Shown in pieces: positions 27,381-36,422 of a DNA stretch of 64,000 bases (position 1 is its first letter; each line of letters opens with the position of its first letter). The stretch covers positions 1,248,001 to 1,312,000 of the forward strand of contig JASGJH010000001.1 in assembly GCA_047601445.1 (NCBI GenBank), written 5' to 3'. The DNA comes from Myxococcales bacterium (GTDB lineage: Bacteria; Myxococcota_A; Polyangia; Polyangiales; DASUME01). The notes under the pieces were generated by a model, which did not search any database, was not told the origin of the DNA, and saw only the letters and a list, made by a program, of their open reading frames with translations. Position numbers and translations under genes: made by a program.

Positions 27381-27727
27381 TCGAGGGCCCCCTTCCTCCA
27401 GGCATAGATCAACGTAACCGCGAGAATGACGAGAAAGCTCATCATCTCCATGAGACCGAACCACCCGAGTTCGCGGAACAGCGCCGCCCACGGGTAGAGA
27501 AACACCGCCTCGATGTCGAACACGACGAACAAGATCGCGGTGAGGTAGAACTTGATGCTGAGCTTGAGGTGACTGGCGCCGGTGGTGGCCGATCCGCTTT
27601 CGTACGGAATGGCCTTCTCGGGCGTCATGTTCTTGGGACCTGCGAGCGAGGTCCCAACGAAGATCACCAGAGCCAGAATGAACGCGACTGCTATCAGCAG
27701 GAAGACTGGCAGATAGGTGGAGACCAT
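27368..27727 (-). CDS. nuoA: NADH-quinone oxidoreductase subunit A
   Basis: PYESG, FYLTAILFVVFDIEAVFLYPWA, KGALEW; GAAGGGAAG RBS before ATG 27727. Confidence 0.96.
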   Translation of the reverse strand: MVSTYLPVFLLIAVAFILALVIFVGTSLAGPKNMTPEKAIPYESGSATTGASHLKLSIKFYLTAILFVVFDIEAVFLYPWAALFRELGWFGLMEMMSFLVILAVTLIYAWRKGALEWEK

Positions 27728-27851
27728 CGGCTTCCCTTCGGTGCGCGCACGCCAGCGTTGGGCGTGCGCGACGCTCGTGACACAACTGGGCACGGGAGCG
27801 ATTCTGCAACTCGATCCCGCGCCGCACGAAGAGCGCTAAATACGCGTGGCT

Positions 27852-27880
27852 GTTCTAGTCCTAGCGTTTGGGGGTGTCAA
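27852..27880 (-). promoter_or_regulatory. Putative sigma70-type promoter of the nuo operon
   Basis: TTGACA-N17-TAGAAC on the minus strand. Confidence 0.55.
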
Positions 27881-27917
27881 TGATGTCGACACTTCCCTGG
27901 TGCTTAGGAACGGGCCG

Positions 27918-27956
27918 AGAAAGCGCGTGCCCTCCTGATGCCAGGGGGCACCGCGC
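27918..27956 (-). terminator. Rho-independent terminator after the RRM gene
   Basis: Minus strand gcgcggtgccccctg-gcat-caggagggcacgcgc then TTTCT, immediately after the repaired stop at 27963. Confidence 0.55.
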
Positions 27957-27962
27957 CAGATC

Positions 27963-28945
27963 TCATTCGTCGTCGTCTTCGACTTCGTCGAAGTAGCGAC
28001 GCGCATTGCCGCCGCCGCGCTTCTTTTCCTGCTCCAGACGCTGCTTGCGGGTCGCGCCCTTGGCAGCGCGCGCCGCTCCCTCGACGTCGTCGGTACGACG
28101 GGGCGGCGGCCGGCCACCACGATCGCCGCTCGCCGGAGGACCGAAGTTGGGGGATCGCGGGCCACCGAAACCGCCGCTGCGGGGGGGCCTCCAAAGCCGC
28201 CTCCGCCACCACCACCGCCGAAGCCGCCGCCCCCTCCGGGACCGCCGCCACCGCCGAAGCCGCCTCCGCCTCCCGGCCCCCCGAACGAACGCTCACGGGG
28301 CGGGGGACGCTCACCACGCGGGTGAGCAAGGTGAACGGTGCAGGGACGTCCCCGAACGCTCAGATTTCCGAGCACATCGAGGGAAGCCTTGGCCGCATCT
28401 TCGGAGATGAACGACACGAACGCGAAGCCGCGCTTGCGACCCGTGGCGTGATCCATCGGCAAATGGATGCGGTCGAGATCCTTGGCCCCGAGCTGATTGA
28501 AGATGCCGCGGAGATCGGCTTCTTCGATGTCGTAGGGCAAGTTGCCGACGTAAAGCGTGCGATTCGAGTCGTCGCGCGGAGGCGGGCGACGTTCGAAACC
28601 GCCACCGCCGCCGCCCATGCCTGGCCCGCCGCCCATGCCCGGTCCGCTGCCCATGCCAGGGCCGCCGGGGCCGCGCGGTGGTCCGGAGGTGAAAGGACGC
28701 ACGCTGATGCTGCGCCCTTCCATCAACGAGCCGTCGAGCTGCTCGCGAGCACGCTGGGCCTCGTCCGCCGACGACAGCGTAACAAAGGCAAATCCACGCG
28801 GCCGCCCAGTGGCGCGGTCCCGCGGAAGGCTCAATTCGTCGATCCCTGACCCGGTGCTCGTGAACAGGGCGCGCAGCCCCTCGTCCGTCACTGTGTCGGG
28901 CAAACCCGCGACGAACAACTTCCGGGCGTCCTCTTCCGTCCCCAT
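27963..28945 (-). CDS. Tandem-RRM, glycine-rich RNA-binding protein, -1 frameshift in a C7 run at 28181-28187 (about 327 aa when repaired)
   Basis: RNP2/RNP1 pairs LFVAGL/RGFAFVTL and LYVGNL/RGFAFVSF; adding one C gives GGPPRSGGFGGPR...EVEDDDE-stop at 27963. Confidence 0.88.
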
Positions 28946-29055
28946 GTCTCTGAATGCTCCTCAAACAAAGGGGCTCGGCACGAACCCCTCGCGACGTGAC
29001 GCATCACGCCGGCTTGGGGGCGCAGCCGGTCCTCCGGACTACGCCCTTCTTGCCG

Positions 29056-29083
29056 AGGGTACCCGGGCAACCTCCCGCGTCAA
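29056..29083 (-). promoter_or_regulatory. Putative sigma70-type promoter of the RRM gene
   Basis: TTGACG-N16-TACCCT. Confidence 0.35.
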
Positions 29084-29179
29084 GCCTTTCCGGAATGGGT
29101 TCGTCGGCTTACGGTGCGTTTCAGGGAGCCCCGGAAAGTCCCCCTTCCCAAGATTTTATTGAAAACGTACAAATTGAGC

Positions 29180-30664
29180 ATGACTGTTCGACGAGTCGCG
29201 GCGTCCACGGCCGCGGCGCTCTGCATAGTGGGGGGCCTGGCTGGGTCGTCGACAGCCCGGGCCTACACGGTGAAGGAGACCGAAAACGGCTCGGTCGTGC
29301 GCTGGCACCGTCCATCGGTGGTGCTCCGGATCGACGCCAGTATGGAACGCTATTTTACGGACGTTCCCGTCAAGGCCACCATCCACGACGCCGCCCGCGC
29401 CTGGCATGACATCGAAGGTGTCCCCGAGCTGCTCATCAATGATGGTGAGCCAGGCCCGTCCGGCTTCGACTCCAAGGACCCGGCCAGCAACGGCGTGTAT
29501 CTCATCGAAAACTGGGAGCTGGCCCAGAGCTCCCTGGCGGTCACCGTCGCTACCTACGAGTCCCGTAGCGGCAAGATGGTGGACACGGACATCCTGGTGA
29601 ACGCGAACCACCCGTTCGGGGAAATGCCCGACGGGCCCGACTCCAAGGGCAAAATCTACGATCTGCGCGGCGTCCTGACCCATGAGATGGGCCACGTGCT
29701 CGGCCTCGGCGAGTCCTACGACGAACGCATGGCCACGATGTGGCCCAACATCTCGCGTGGCGAAACCCACCAGCGGGATATCGATGTGGACGACGAATCG
29801 GGCGTCGAAGAGGCCTATGCAGGCGCCGCCCTGAGCGAGACCGAAGCGCCTGGTGGCTGCAGCGGCTCGAGCGTGGTGGTGCAACGTGGTGCGGGCCGGA
29901 TCGGCTGGCCCGTGTTCGTGACCAGCCTGGTCGTGCTGGCGCTGCTTTGGCACCTCCTGCGAGAGCGCCGGCCACGTGGTGCCCAGGGTGCCGTGGCCTG
30001 TGCGTTCGCGCTGTTGTTCGCCTCGCCGTACCAGGCGAGCACGGGTTCCAGCGAGGAAAACGAACGCGTCGAAGTGGTGCGCACGCTTGCCCTGAGACGT
30101 CTCGACCCGCTACAGCGGCAGGCCGGCTTGGCCCAGGCGGCGGGCTCTACCAGCGTCCAGGTGCGCATGGCGGCGGCGGCCGTGCTCGAGCGCGCTGGAA
30201 CGCGGGAAGATCGTGCGATCGCGGCCAAGCTGGCCCAGGACTCCCATCCCGAAGTGCGGCGCATCGGGCGCGAGAGTCTGGCGCGGCTACACAGCGCGCC
30301 TCCCCTGGCGCGCATCGAGCGCACCCACCCGGAGGCCCAGGACCGACTGGCGCGGCTGTTCGAACGGGCGACCACGACGATCACCGGGGAAGCGGTCGGC
30401 ACGGGCGTGAGCGTCCGCAACGGCCTGATTTGGTCGCACTACGCGGTGCAGGGAACGGGGCAGGGAGTGACGCCGGTGCAGATCGCGGGCGGGACGCTGG
30501 GGGAGCATACCCAGGTGGTCTCCGAGCAGGAGCCCCCGAGCGATGGCGACACCCTGGTGGTGGCGATGCAGGAAAACGGCGTGGCTGGTTGGGCCCACTA
30601 CCGCGAGGGCGTCGTCTATGGCGGCTGGCTCGGCGAGGGTCCTGGCATCGAGTGGACGCCCTAG
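29180..30664 (+). CDS. Secreted matrixin-like (metzincin) metalloprotease fused to a HEAT-like and a C-terminal beta domain
   Basis: Signal peptide ending ARA; DTDILVN, YDLRGVLTHEMGHVLGLGE, Met-turn ATMWP; internal GGC-TM-RERR segment. Confidence 0.8.
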   Translation: MTVRRVAASTAAALCIVGGLAGSSTARAYTVKETENGSVVRWHRPSVVLRIDASMERYFTDVPVKATIHDAARAWHDIEGVPELLINDGEPGPSGFDSKDPASNGVYLIENWELAQSSLAVTVATYESRSGKMVDTDILVNANHPFGEMPDGPDSKGKIYDLRGVLTHEMGHVLGLGESYDERMATMWPNISRGETHQRDIDVDDESGVEEAYAGAALSETEAPGGCSGSSVVVQRGAGRIGWPVFVTSLVVLALLWHLLRERRPRGAQGAVACAFALLFASPYQASTGSSEENERVEVVRTLALRRLDPLQRQAGLAQAAGSTSVQVRMAAAAVLERAGTREDRAIAAKLAQDSHPEVRRIGRESLARLHSAPPLARIERTHPEAQDRLARLFERATTTITGEAVGTGVSVRNGLIWSHYAVQGTGQGVTPVQIAGGTLGEHTQVVSEQEPPSDGDTLVVAMQENGVAGWAHYREGVVYGGWLGEGPGIEWTP

Positions 30665-30670
30665 GAAGGA

Positions 30671-31411
30671 CTAGGGAACCAGGCGGTAGCCGATGCCGCG
30701 CACCGTGACGATGTGCTGGGGCCGCTCGCTGTCCGGCTCCAGCTTTTGGCGCAGCTGAGCCACGAAATTATCGATGGTGCGCGGGGTGCCGTGATGATTC
30801 GGGCCCCACACGCGCTCGAAGATTTGCCGTCGCGAGAGCACGGAGCCACCGGCCAACACCAGGGACTCGAGGATGTCGAACTCGGTGGCGGTCATCTCCA
30901 CGAGCTCGCCCGCCCTGCGCACCTCGCGGGTGCGGGGATCGACGTGGATGGCACCGAAGCGGTAGATGTCGGGAGGCGGCGCGGGGGGACGTTGCTCCGG
31001 GTCGCGCGGCTTCTGATTGGCGCGGCGCCTTAGGGCGACCTTGATACGAGCGAGGACCTCGGCGATGCCAAAGGGCTTGGTGATGTAATCCTCGGCCCCG
31101 AGCTCGAGCCCCATCACCTTGTCGGTTTCGGAGCTCTTGGCGCTGAGCATCAGCACGGGTGTCTCATGGCCCAGCGAGCGCAAGTGCTTCACCACTTCGT
31201 AGCCGTTGAGTTTGGGCAGCATTACGTCGAGGATGATGACGTCCCAAAACTCGGCGAGAGCTCGATCGAGCCCTTCCCTGCCGTCTTCGGCCACACCGAC
31301 ATCGTAGCCCTCTGCGCCCAAGTTGATGCGCAGTCCCAGAGAGATCGAGGGGTCGTCCTCGATCACCAGGATGCGTTTTGGACCAGGGGCGGTGGCGGGT
31401 TCACCGATCAT
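30671..31411 (-). CDS. OmpR/PhoB-family response regulator
   Basis: IEDD, ILDVMLP, DYITKPF receiver motifs; winged helix RTIDNFVAQLRQKLE...TVRGIGYR. Confidence 0.95.
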   Translation of the reverse strand: MIGEPATAPGPKRILVIEDDPSISLGLRINLGAEGYDVGVAEDGREGLDRALAEFWDVIILDVMLPKLNGYEVVKHLRSLGHETPVLMLSAKSSETDKVMGLELGAEDYITKPFGIAEVLARIKVALRRRANQKPRDPEQRPPAPPPDIYRFGAIHVDPRTREVRRAGELVEMTATEFDILESLVLAGGSVLSRRQIFERVWGPNHHGTPRTIDNFVAQLRQKLEPDSERPQHIVTVRGIGYRLVP

Positions 31412-32400
31412 ATCTGCGTGATGGCGGGTGCCGGTTTGATCGATCTGTTGCGTTCTCCGCCGGGAACCGGGAGCACGATGGTGAACGTGCTGCCCTTACC
31501 GAGCTCGCTCTCGAGCTCGACCCGACCACCATGAGCGTGGACCACATGGCGCACGATGGCGAGGCCCAAGCCGGAACCTTCGACGTCGCTGGAGAGCAAT
31601 TCGTTGGAGCGATAGAACTTCTCGAAGATGCGGCGATGCTCGCGGCGCGCAATGCCGATGCCGTGGTCGACCACGGAGATACGCACGTGCTTGTCGTCGG
31701 CGCTGGCGATCAAGCGGATCTTGCCGCGCTCGCGCGAGTATTTGTAGGCGTTCGAGAGCAGGTTTACGAGGGCGTCGATCAGGGCGCCGCGGTCCACGCG
31801 GATGGGCGGAAGATCCGCGGCGATCTCGCTGCTCACCTCTTCGCGGCGGCCCACATGGCTGGCGTCGAAGGCCTCCAGCGCGCCCGTGACGATGTCCTCC
31901 ACGCGCTCGAGCTGGCTCTCGTACACGCGCTTGCCCGACTCCATGCGCCCCCAGTCGAGCAGGCGCTCGATGCGTGCCGTGAGGCGTGCGGTCTCGCGGT
32001 TGAGGACGTCCAGACAGGCATCCACCTCCTGGGGGCTCGACACGCGCTTCATCTGCAGCGTCTCGACGAACATACGGATGGAGGTGAGCGGAGTGCGCAG
32101 CTCGTGGCTGACCTTGGACACGAAGTCGGACTGCAGCTTGGAGAGGTTGGCCTCGCGGTTCACGAACACCAGCGCGAGCACGGTGCCCGTGACGAGCAAC
32201 GCCACCAAGGTGACCACCAAGATGCCGAACAAGACGTTGAGGTTCGCCTTGCTGAAGACCAGCATCAGGATGCCCAGGACGAGCAGGATGACGCTGGGGG
32301 CGATGATCAACCCCACCAGGGAGAGCACGATGCGCGTGAAGCCGCCGCGGTAGGCGCTGCCGCCGCTGACCAATCCGGCTCCGGGTTTCGTGCTCGCCAT
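31408..32400 (-). CDS. Sensor histidine kinase with two closely spaced TM helices
   Basis: H box VSHELRTPL, N box NLLSNAYKY, DHGIG, FEKFYR, GSGLGL; ATGA coupling to the response regulator. Confidence 0.95.
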   Translation of the reverse strand: MASTKPGAGLVSGGSAYRGGFTRIVLSLVGLIIAPSVILLVLGILMLVFSKANLNVLFGILVVTLVALLVTGTVLALVFVNREANLSKLQSDFVSKVSHELRTPLTSIRMFVETLQMKRVSSPQEVDACLDVLNRETARLTARIERLLDWGRMESGKRVYESQLERVEDIVTGALEAFDASHVGRREEVSSEIAADLPPIRVDRGALIDALVNLLSNAYKYSRERGKIRLIASADDKHVRISVVDHGIGIARREHRRIFEKFYRSNELLSSDVEGSGLGLAIVRHVVHAHGGRVELESELGKGSTFTIVLPVPGGERNRSIKPAPAITQI

Positions 32401-32453
32401 ATGCCCTGGTTGGCTCCGGGTTTGCTCGCGGGCGGACCCGCCTTCGTGGCTGC

Positions 32454-32654
32454 TTAGCCTTCTTCTTCTTCCTCGGCCCAGCGCGTGATGGCCGTCACGC
32501 CGATGGCCAAGCTGCACGAGCCGCACAGCGGGGGCTCTTCGTAGACGGTCTCACCGCCCCGCACGAACACCAAGAGTCCCGTGGTCGCATCGGGCGGCGT
32601 GATCTCACCGCAGACGTTGCAGGTGAGGATGGCGTAGGGATGGCTTCCGGCCAT
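32454..32654 (-). CDS. Small Cys4 (zinc-ribbon-like) protein
   Basis: 66 aa with CNVC...CGSC and acidic tail EEEEEG; fills the gap upstream of the kinase. Confidence 0.65.
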   Translation of the reverse strand: MAGSHPYAILTCNVCGEITPPDATTGLLVFVRGGETVYEEPPLCGSCSLAIGVTAITRWAEEEEEG

Positions 32655-32810
32655 GGGTTGGGACTATAACCCGAGGCTCCGCGAACAGCACTCGCATCAC
32701 GAAAGAAGCATCTAGGCTCACGGCACCTACAGAATGACCATGAGCCGAGATCACAGACCGTTTGTGGAAATGGCCCGCGGTTTTCGATGTGGGTCGGGCG
32801 CGTGCTCGAC

Positions 32811-34103
32811 CTAGCGTTGCGCCAGGTGTGCCTCGAGGTCGGCGACCGTTTTTGGAATGTCTCGAGTGAGGTTCTCGGGGCCCGAAGCGCGCACCAGGAT
32901 GTCGTCCTCGATGCGCACGCCGATGCCGCGATAGCGCTCGTCCACCTCAGCCTGCACGGGGATATACAGGCCGGGTTCGATGGTGAGCACGAAGCCTGGC
33001 TCGAGCGGACGCGGCGAGCCTGCCTGGTGGTAGCGGCCCACGTCGTGCACGTCCATGCCGAGCCAGTGCGAGGTGCGATGCATGTAGAACTGCTTGTAGT
33101 CGCCCTTCGCAAGGATCTCCTGCTTGTCGCCCTTGACCAGACCGAGCTTCAGGAGCCCGTCGACCAACACGGAAACCGCGACGTCGTGGATCGCGTCCAG
33201 CGTGGCACCGGGACGCACCGCTTCGATGGCGGCGAGCTGGCTATCGAGCACCACCTCGTAGACCTCACGCTGCGCGCTCGAGAACGTGCCGCTCACGGGA
33301 AAAGTGCGCGTGACGTCGCTGGCGTAGTAGCCGTATTCGGCACCGGCATCGATGAGCAGCAAGTCGCCCTCCGCGAGACGCCGATCGTTCTTGCGGTAGT
33401 GCAAGATGGTGGCATTGGGCCCGGACCCCACGATGCTGCCGTAGGCGGGGCGTTCGCTGCCATGGGCGCGGAAGACCCGTAGGAGCTCGGCCTCGACCTC
33501 GTACTCGTAGCGCCCGGGGGTGGCCACGCGCATGGCGGCCAGATGGGCTTCGCGCGTGATGGACCCCGCGCGGCGCATGATGTCGATCTCCGCGTCGGTC
33601 TTGCGTAGACGCATCTCGTGCAGGCTCACGCCCGGATCGACGATCTCGGTCGGACACTCCACGCCGCGACGCGAGCGGCCGCGGACCACGTCGAGCGCGC
33701 GCAAGAAGCGCTCGTCGAAGCGGCGATCGAAGCCGATGCGGTAGTGCACGCGGCGCTGGTTCTCCATGAAATCGGGCAACTTCTCGTCGAAGACTCGGAT
33801 CGAGAAAGCCTCGTCGACACCCAGGCCAGCGACCGCGCGTTCCACACCGAGTCGAGGACCATCCCAGGTCTCGCGCTCCGGGTCGCGGTCGCGCAGGAAC
33901 AGGGCGCTCGAGAGTCGACCGTCGCGGTTCGAGAGCACGAGCACGCTCTCGGGCTCGTCGAAGCCGGTGAGGTAGTAAAGGTCGCTGCCCTGGCGATACT
34001 CGTGTTCGACGTCGTTGTTGCGAATGAACGTGGGCGGCGCGGGGATCACCATGACCCCAGGGCCCATGCTCTCGAGCAGCGCTTTGCGTCGTGCGTCGTA
34101 CAT
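32811..34103 (-). CDS. pepP: Xaa-Pro aminopeptidase (M24B)
   Basis: RNNDVEHEYRQ, ILHY, IDAG..Y.SDVTRT, HWLGMDVHD, TIEPG, RIEDD; GGAG RBS before ATG 34103. Confidence 0.95.
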   Translation of the reverse strand: MYDARRKALLESMGPGVMVIPAPPTFIRNNDVEHEYRQGSDLYYLTGFDEPESVLVLSNRDGRLSSALFLRDRDPERETWDGPRLGVERAVAGLGVDEAFSIRVFDEKLPDFMENQRRVHYRIGFDRRFDERFLRALDVVRGRSRRGVECPTEIVDPGVSLHEMRLRKTDAEIDIMRRAGSITREAHLAAMRVATPGRYEYEVEAELLRVFRAHGSERPAYGSIVGSGPNATILHYRKNDRRLAEGDLLLIDAGAEYGYYASDVTRTFPVSGTFSSAQREVYEVVLDSQLAAIEAVRPGATLDAIHDVAVSVLVDGLLKLGLVKGDKQEILAKGDYKQFYMHRTSHWLGMDVHDVGRYHQAGSPRPLEPGFVLTIEPGLYIPVQAEVDERYRGIGVRIEDDILVRASGPENLTRDIPKTVADLEAHLAQR

Positions 34104-34149
34104 CCGTGCTCCTGTGATGACTCGGCCGGGCGACCCGGCGGCCAGACTC

Positions 34150-35577
34150 CTAGAATAACTCCGCCAGGCGCCCAGGTCCCTGCTCAAGCGTGGCGCCCAG
34201 CTCCTCGGCCCACTGCTCCACGGCGAACTCGCCAGCGCGCGCCAGGGCACCCCGGATGGGGTCGGCCGCCCGCGGGTTGAGGAACCAGTCGGCGTCGAAG
34301 CGCTCGCGTAGGCAATAGGCCAGGCCCGGGGCCAGAGACTTGGCACGCAACGGTCCGCCGGGAGACACGCGAAGCACGAGCAAGGCTCCCCAACCGGTGG
34401 GAAGCGTGCCTGTCAGGGCGCGCGCGGCGTGGGCGCTGGCACGCTCGAGATCCTGGCCATTGGCGATACCGCGCGCCAACACGGCGGCCGCGCTCAAGCG
34501 CGAGTCGAGCAGCGCGTAGGCGGTCGCGAGACGGGCCACGATCTGGCTCTCGCGGGCGCTCATGCCGCGCACCTTGCGCAGGAAAAGTGGGTCCGCGAAC
34601 AACAGCACGCCGAGCTGTCCCAGGGCACGGGCGACGCTGCCCACGGCGGCGTGGCGCAGGGGCAACGGGAGGGCGCGCGAGGCGTGGGCCTGTGCCATGG
34701 CCCGCGCCAGCGCGTCGGCGGTGGCGAGCTCGCTGGCCAAGCCGAACTCGAGGCTGGTAGGGCTGAGCCGGATGTCATGCGGGGCCGCCAGGGGCACGAC
34801 GTGAGCGCCCGGGAACAGGCCGGGGTGCTCGGCGGCGGCGCGCACGTGGGCGCGCAGCAGGCGGCGCAAGCCCAGGGGCTCCCACTCCGCGGCCAGGCGC
34901 CGCAGGCGACCTGGCCGCGGAAAGAGCCCGCTCAGGGGGCTGCCCAAGAGGCTCCACAGCGTCTCGAGGCCATCTTCGCCCTCCACCCGGAACTCGCGCC
35001 GCGCAAAGGCAAACGACTCTTGCGCCAGGTCCTCCGTGAGCGTCAACCAACGCTCCGCCGTGGCAACATTGCCGGCCTCGGGACCCGCGTCCGGATGCCG
35101 CCCCGCAGACATCCTACGCAAGACATCCCCGGCTTCGCCGTCAGCTTCGTGGCGGGCCGAGAGCAGCACGCGAGCGTGGTCTTGAAACTCGCGGTCGAGC
35201 GAGCGCGCCAGGGCATGACGCTGCGCCGGTCCGCGCCCATGGACCCACTGGCCCAGCAGGAGTCCGACGCGCCTGGTTTCGCCCTCGTAGCTCACCGAAC
35301 GCCCGCTGAGCTCCAGCGCGGCCCGGCGCGCACGCTCGTAGTGCAGCTCGAGCACCGCGCGGCCCACGTGCGCCGCGAGCGCCGCCGCTTCGGCGTCCGA
35401 GAGCTCACCGCCCTGGCGCGCCTCCTCGAAGCGGGCGAGCCCCTGCTCCGAGCCCAGCCAACGTCGGCCTGGCACACGCTCGACAGCTGCGCCGCCGAGC
35501 TGCTCCAGATAGGCCACACCCTGCCCTCGTCGAAACGCCTCGACTGCGCGCCTGAGATCGGTACCCGCGGAAGACAT
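34150..35577 (-). CDS. Hypothetical protein, possibly a degenerate M3-peptidase-like fold
   Basis: Long ORF; PHDIRL and LRERFDADWFLNPRA resemble M3-like proteins; no HExxH. Confidence 0.5.
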   Translation of the reverse strand: MSSAGTDLRRAVEAFRRGQGVAYLEQLGGAAVERVPGRRWLGSEQGLARFEEARQGGELSDAEAAALAAHVGRAVLELHYERARRAALELSGRSVSYEGETRRVGLLLGQWVHGRGPAQRHALARSLDREFQDHARVLLSARHEADGEAGDVLRRMSAGRHPDAGPEAGNVATAERWLTLTEDLAQESFAFARREFRVEGEDGLETLWSLLGSPLSGLFPRPGRLRRLAAEWEPLGLRRLLRAHVRAAAEHPGLFPGAHVVPLAAPHDIRLSPTSLEFGLASELATADALARAMAQAHASRALPLPLRHAAVGSVARALGQLGVLLFADPLFLRKVRGMSARESQIVARLATAYALLDSRLSAAAVLARGIANGQDLERASAHAARALTGTLPTGWGALLVLRVSPGGPLRAKSLAPGLAYCLRERFDADWFLNPRAADPIRGALARAGEFAVEQWAEELGATLEQGPGRLAELF

Positions 35578-35609
35578 CGGAGGTAGGTGTATACTCGCGC
35601 CCGAGCAGC

Positions 35610-36422
35610 ATGACGACCCAGAGAAAAACCGTCTTTCTTGGCGCAGGAAACATGGCCGGTGCCCTCTTGAGGGGGGCCGTGCGGCGCGGCGGCCGCGAAC
35701 CAGCTTCGCTCGGGCTCACCGACGTGCGGAGCGAGGCGCGCGCGAGCCTGAAGGCCGAGCTCGGGGTACTCGAGTTCGCCTCCAATGCGGAGGCCTGCGC
35801 CTGGGCCGACGACGTGGTGCTGGCGGTCAAACCCCAGGTTCTGCCCGCCGTGCTGACCGAGATCAGCGGTTCCCTGCAGCCGAATACCCTGGTGATCTCC
35901 ATCGCAGCCGGCGTCACGCTCGAGCGCCTCGAGAAGGGCCTGAACGGCCACACCAAGCTCGTGCGCGCCATGCCGAATACGCCATCCCTGGTGGGCGAAG
36001 GGGCCACGGCGGTGGCACGCGGGCGCGGCGTGAGCGATAGCGAGTTCGAGCACGCCCAGCGCCTGTTCGCGATGACGGGAAGCGTCGTGAGCGTGGAGGA
36101 GCGCCTGATGGACGCGGTGACTGGCCTGAGCGGCTCGGGACCGGGCTTCGCGTTCGTGGCCATGGAAGCGCTCTCGGATGCCGGCGTGCGCGTGGGCCTG
36201 CCGCGCGATGTAGCCACCAAGCTGGCGGCGCAGACCATGCTGGGTGCGGCCAAGCTTCTGCTCGAGACGGGGGAACATCCGGGCAAGCTCAAAGACATGG
36301 TGACGAGCCCCGGCGGCACCACCATCGCCGGCGTGGCCGCGTTGGAGCGTGGGGGGCTGAGGGCCGCACTGATCGCTGCCGTGGAAGCCGCGACGGCGCG
36401 CTCCAAGGAGCTTGGGTCCTAA
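35610..36422 (+). CDS. proC: Pyrroline-5-carboxylate reductase
   Basis: GAGNMA, LAVKPQ, SIAAG, RAMPNTP, SGSGP, VTSPGGTT. Confidence 0.97.
   Translation: MTTQRKTVFLGAGNMAGALLRGAVRRGGREPASLGLTDVRSEARASLKAELGVLEFASNAEACAWADDVVLAVKPQVLPAVLTEISGSLQPNTLVISIAAGVTLERLEKGLNGHTKLVRAMPNTPSLVGEGATAVARGRGVSDSEFEHAQRLFAMTGSVVSVEERLMDAVTGLSGSGPGFAFVAMEALSDAGVRVGLPRDVATKLAAQTMLGAAKLLLETGEHPGKLKDMVTSPGGTTIAGVAALERGGLRAALIAAVEAATARSKELGS

Noticed and set aside
27381..27827. Long N-terminal extension of NuoB or a NuoA-NuoB fusion
   Set aside because: The extension overlaps nuoA in another frame; nuoA has its own stop at 27368 and nuoB its own ATG.
28190..28280. (ccg/cca)n-like tract as a non-coding microsatellite
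   Set aside because: Encodes the poly-Gly region of the RRM protein.
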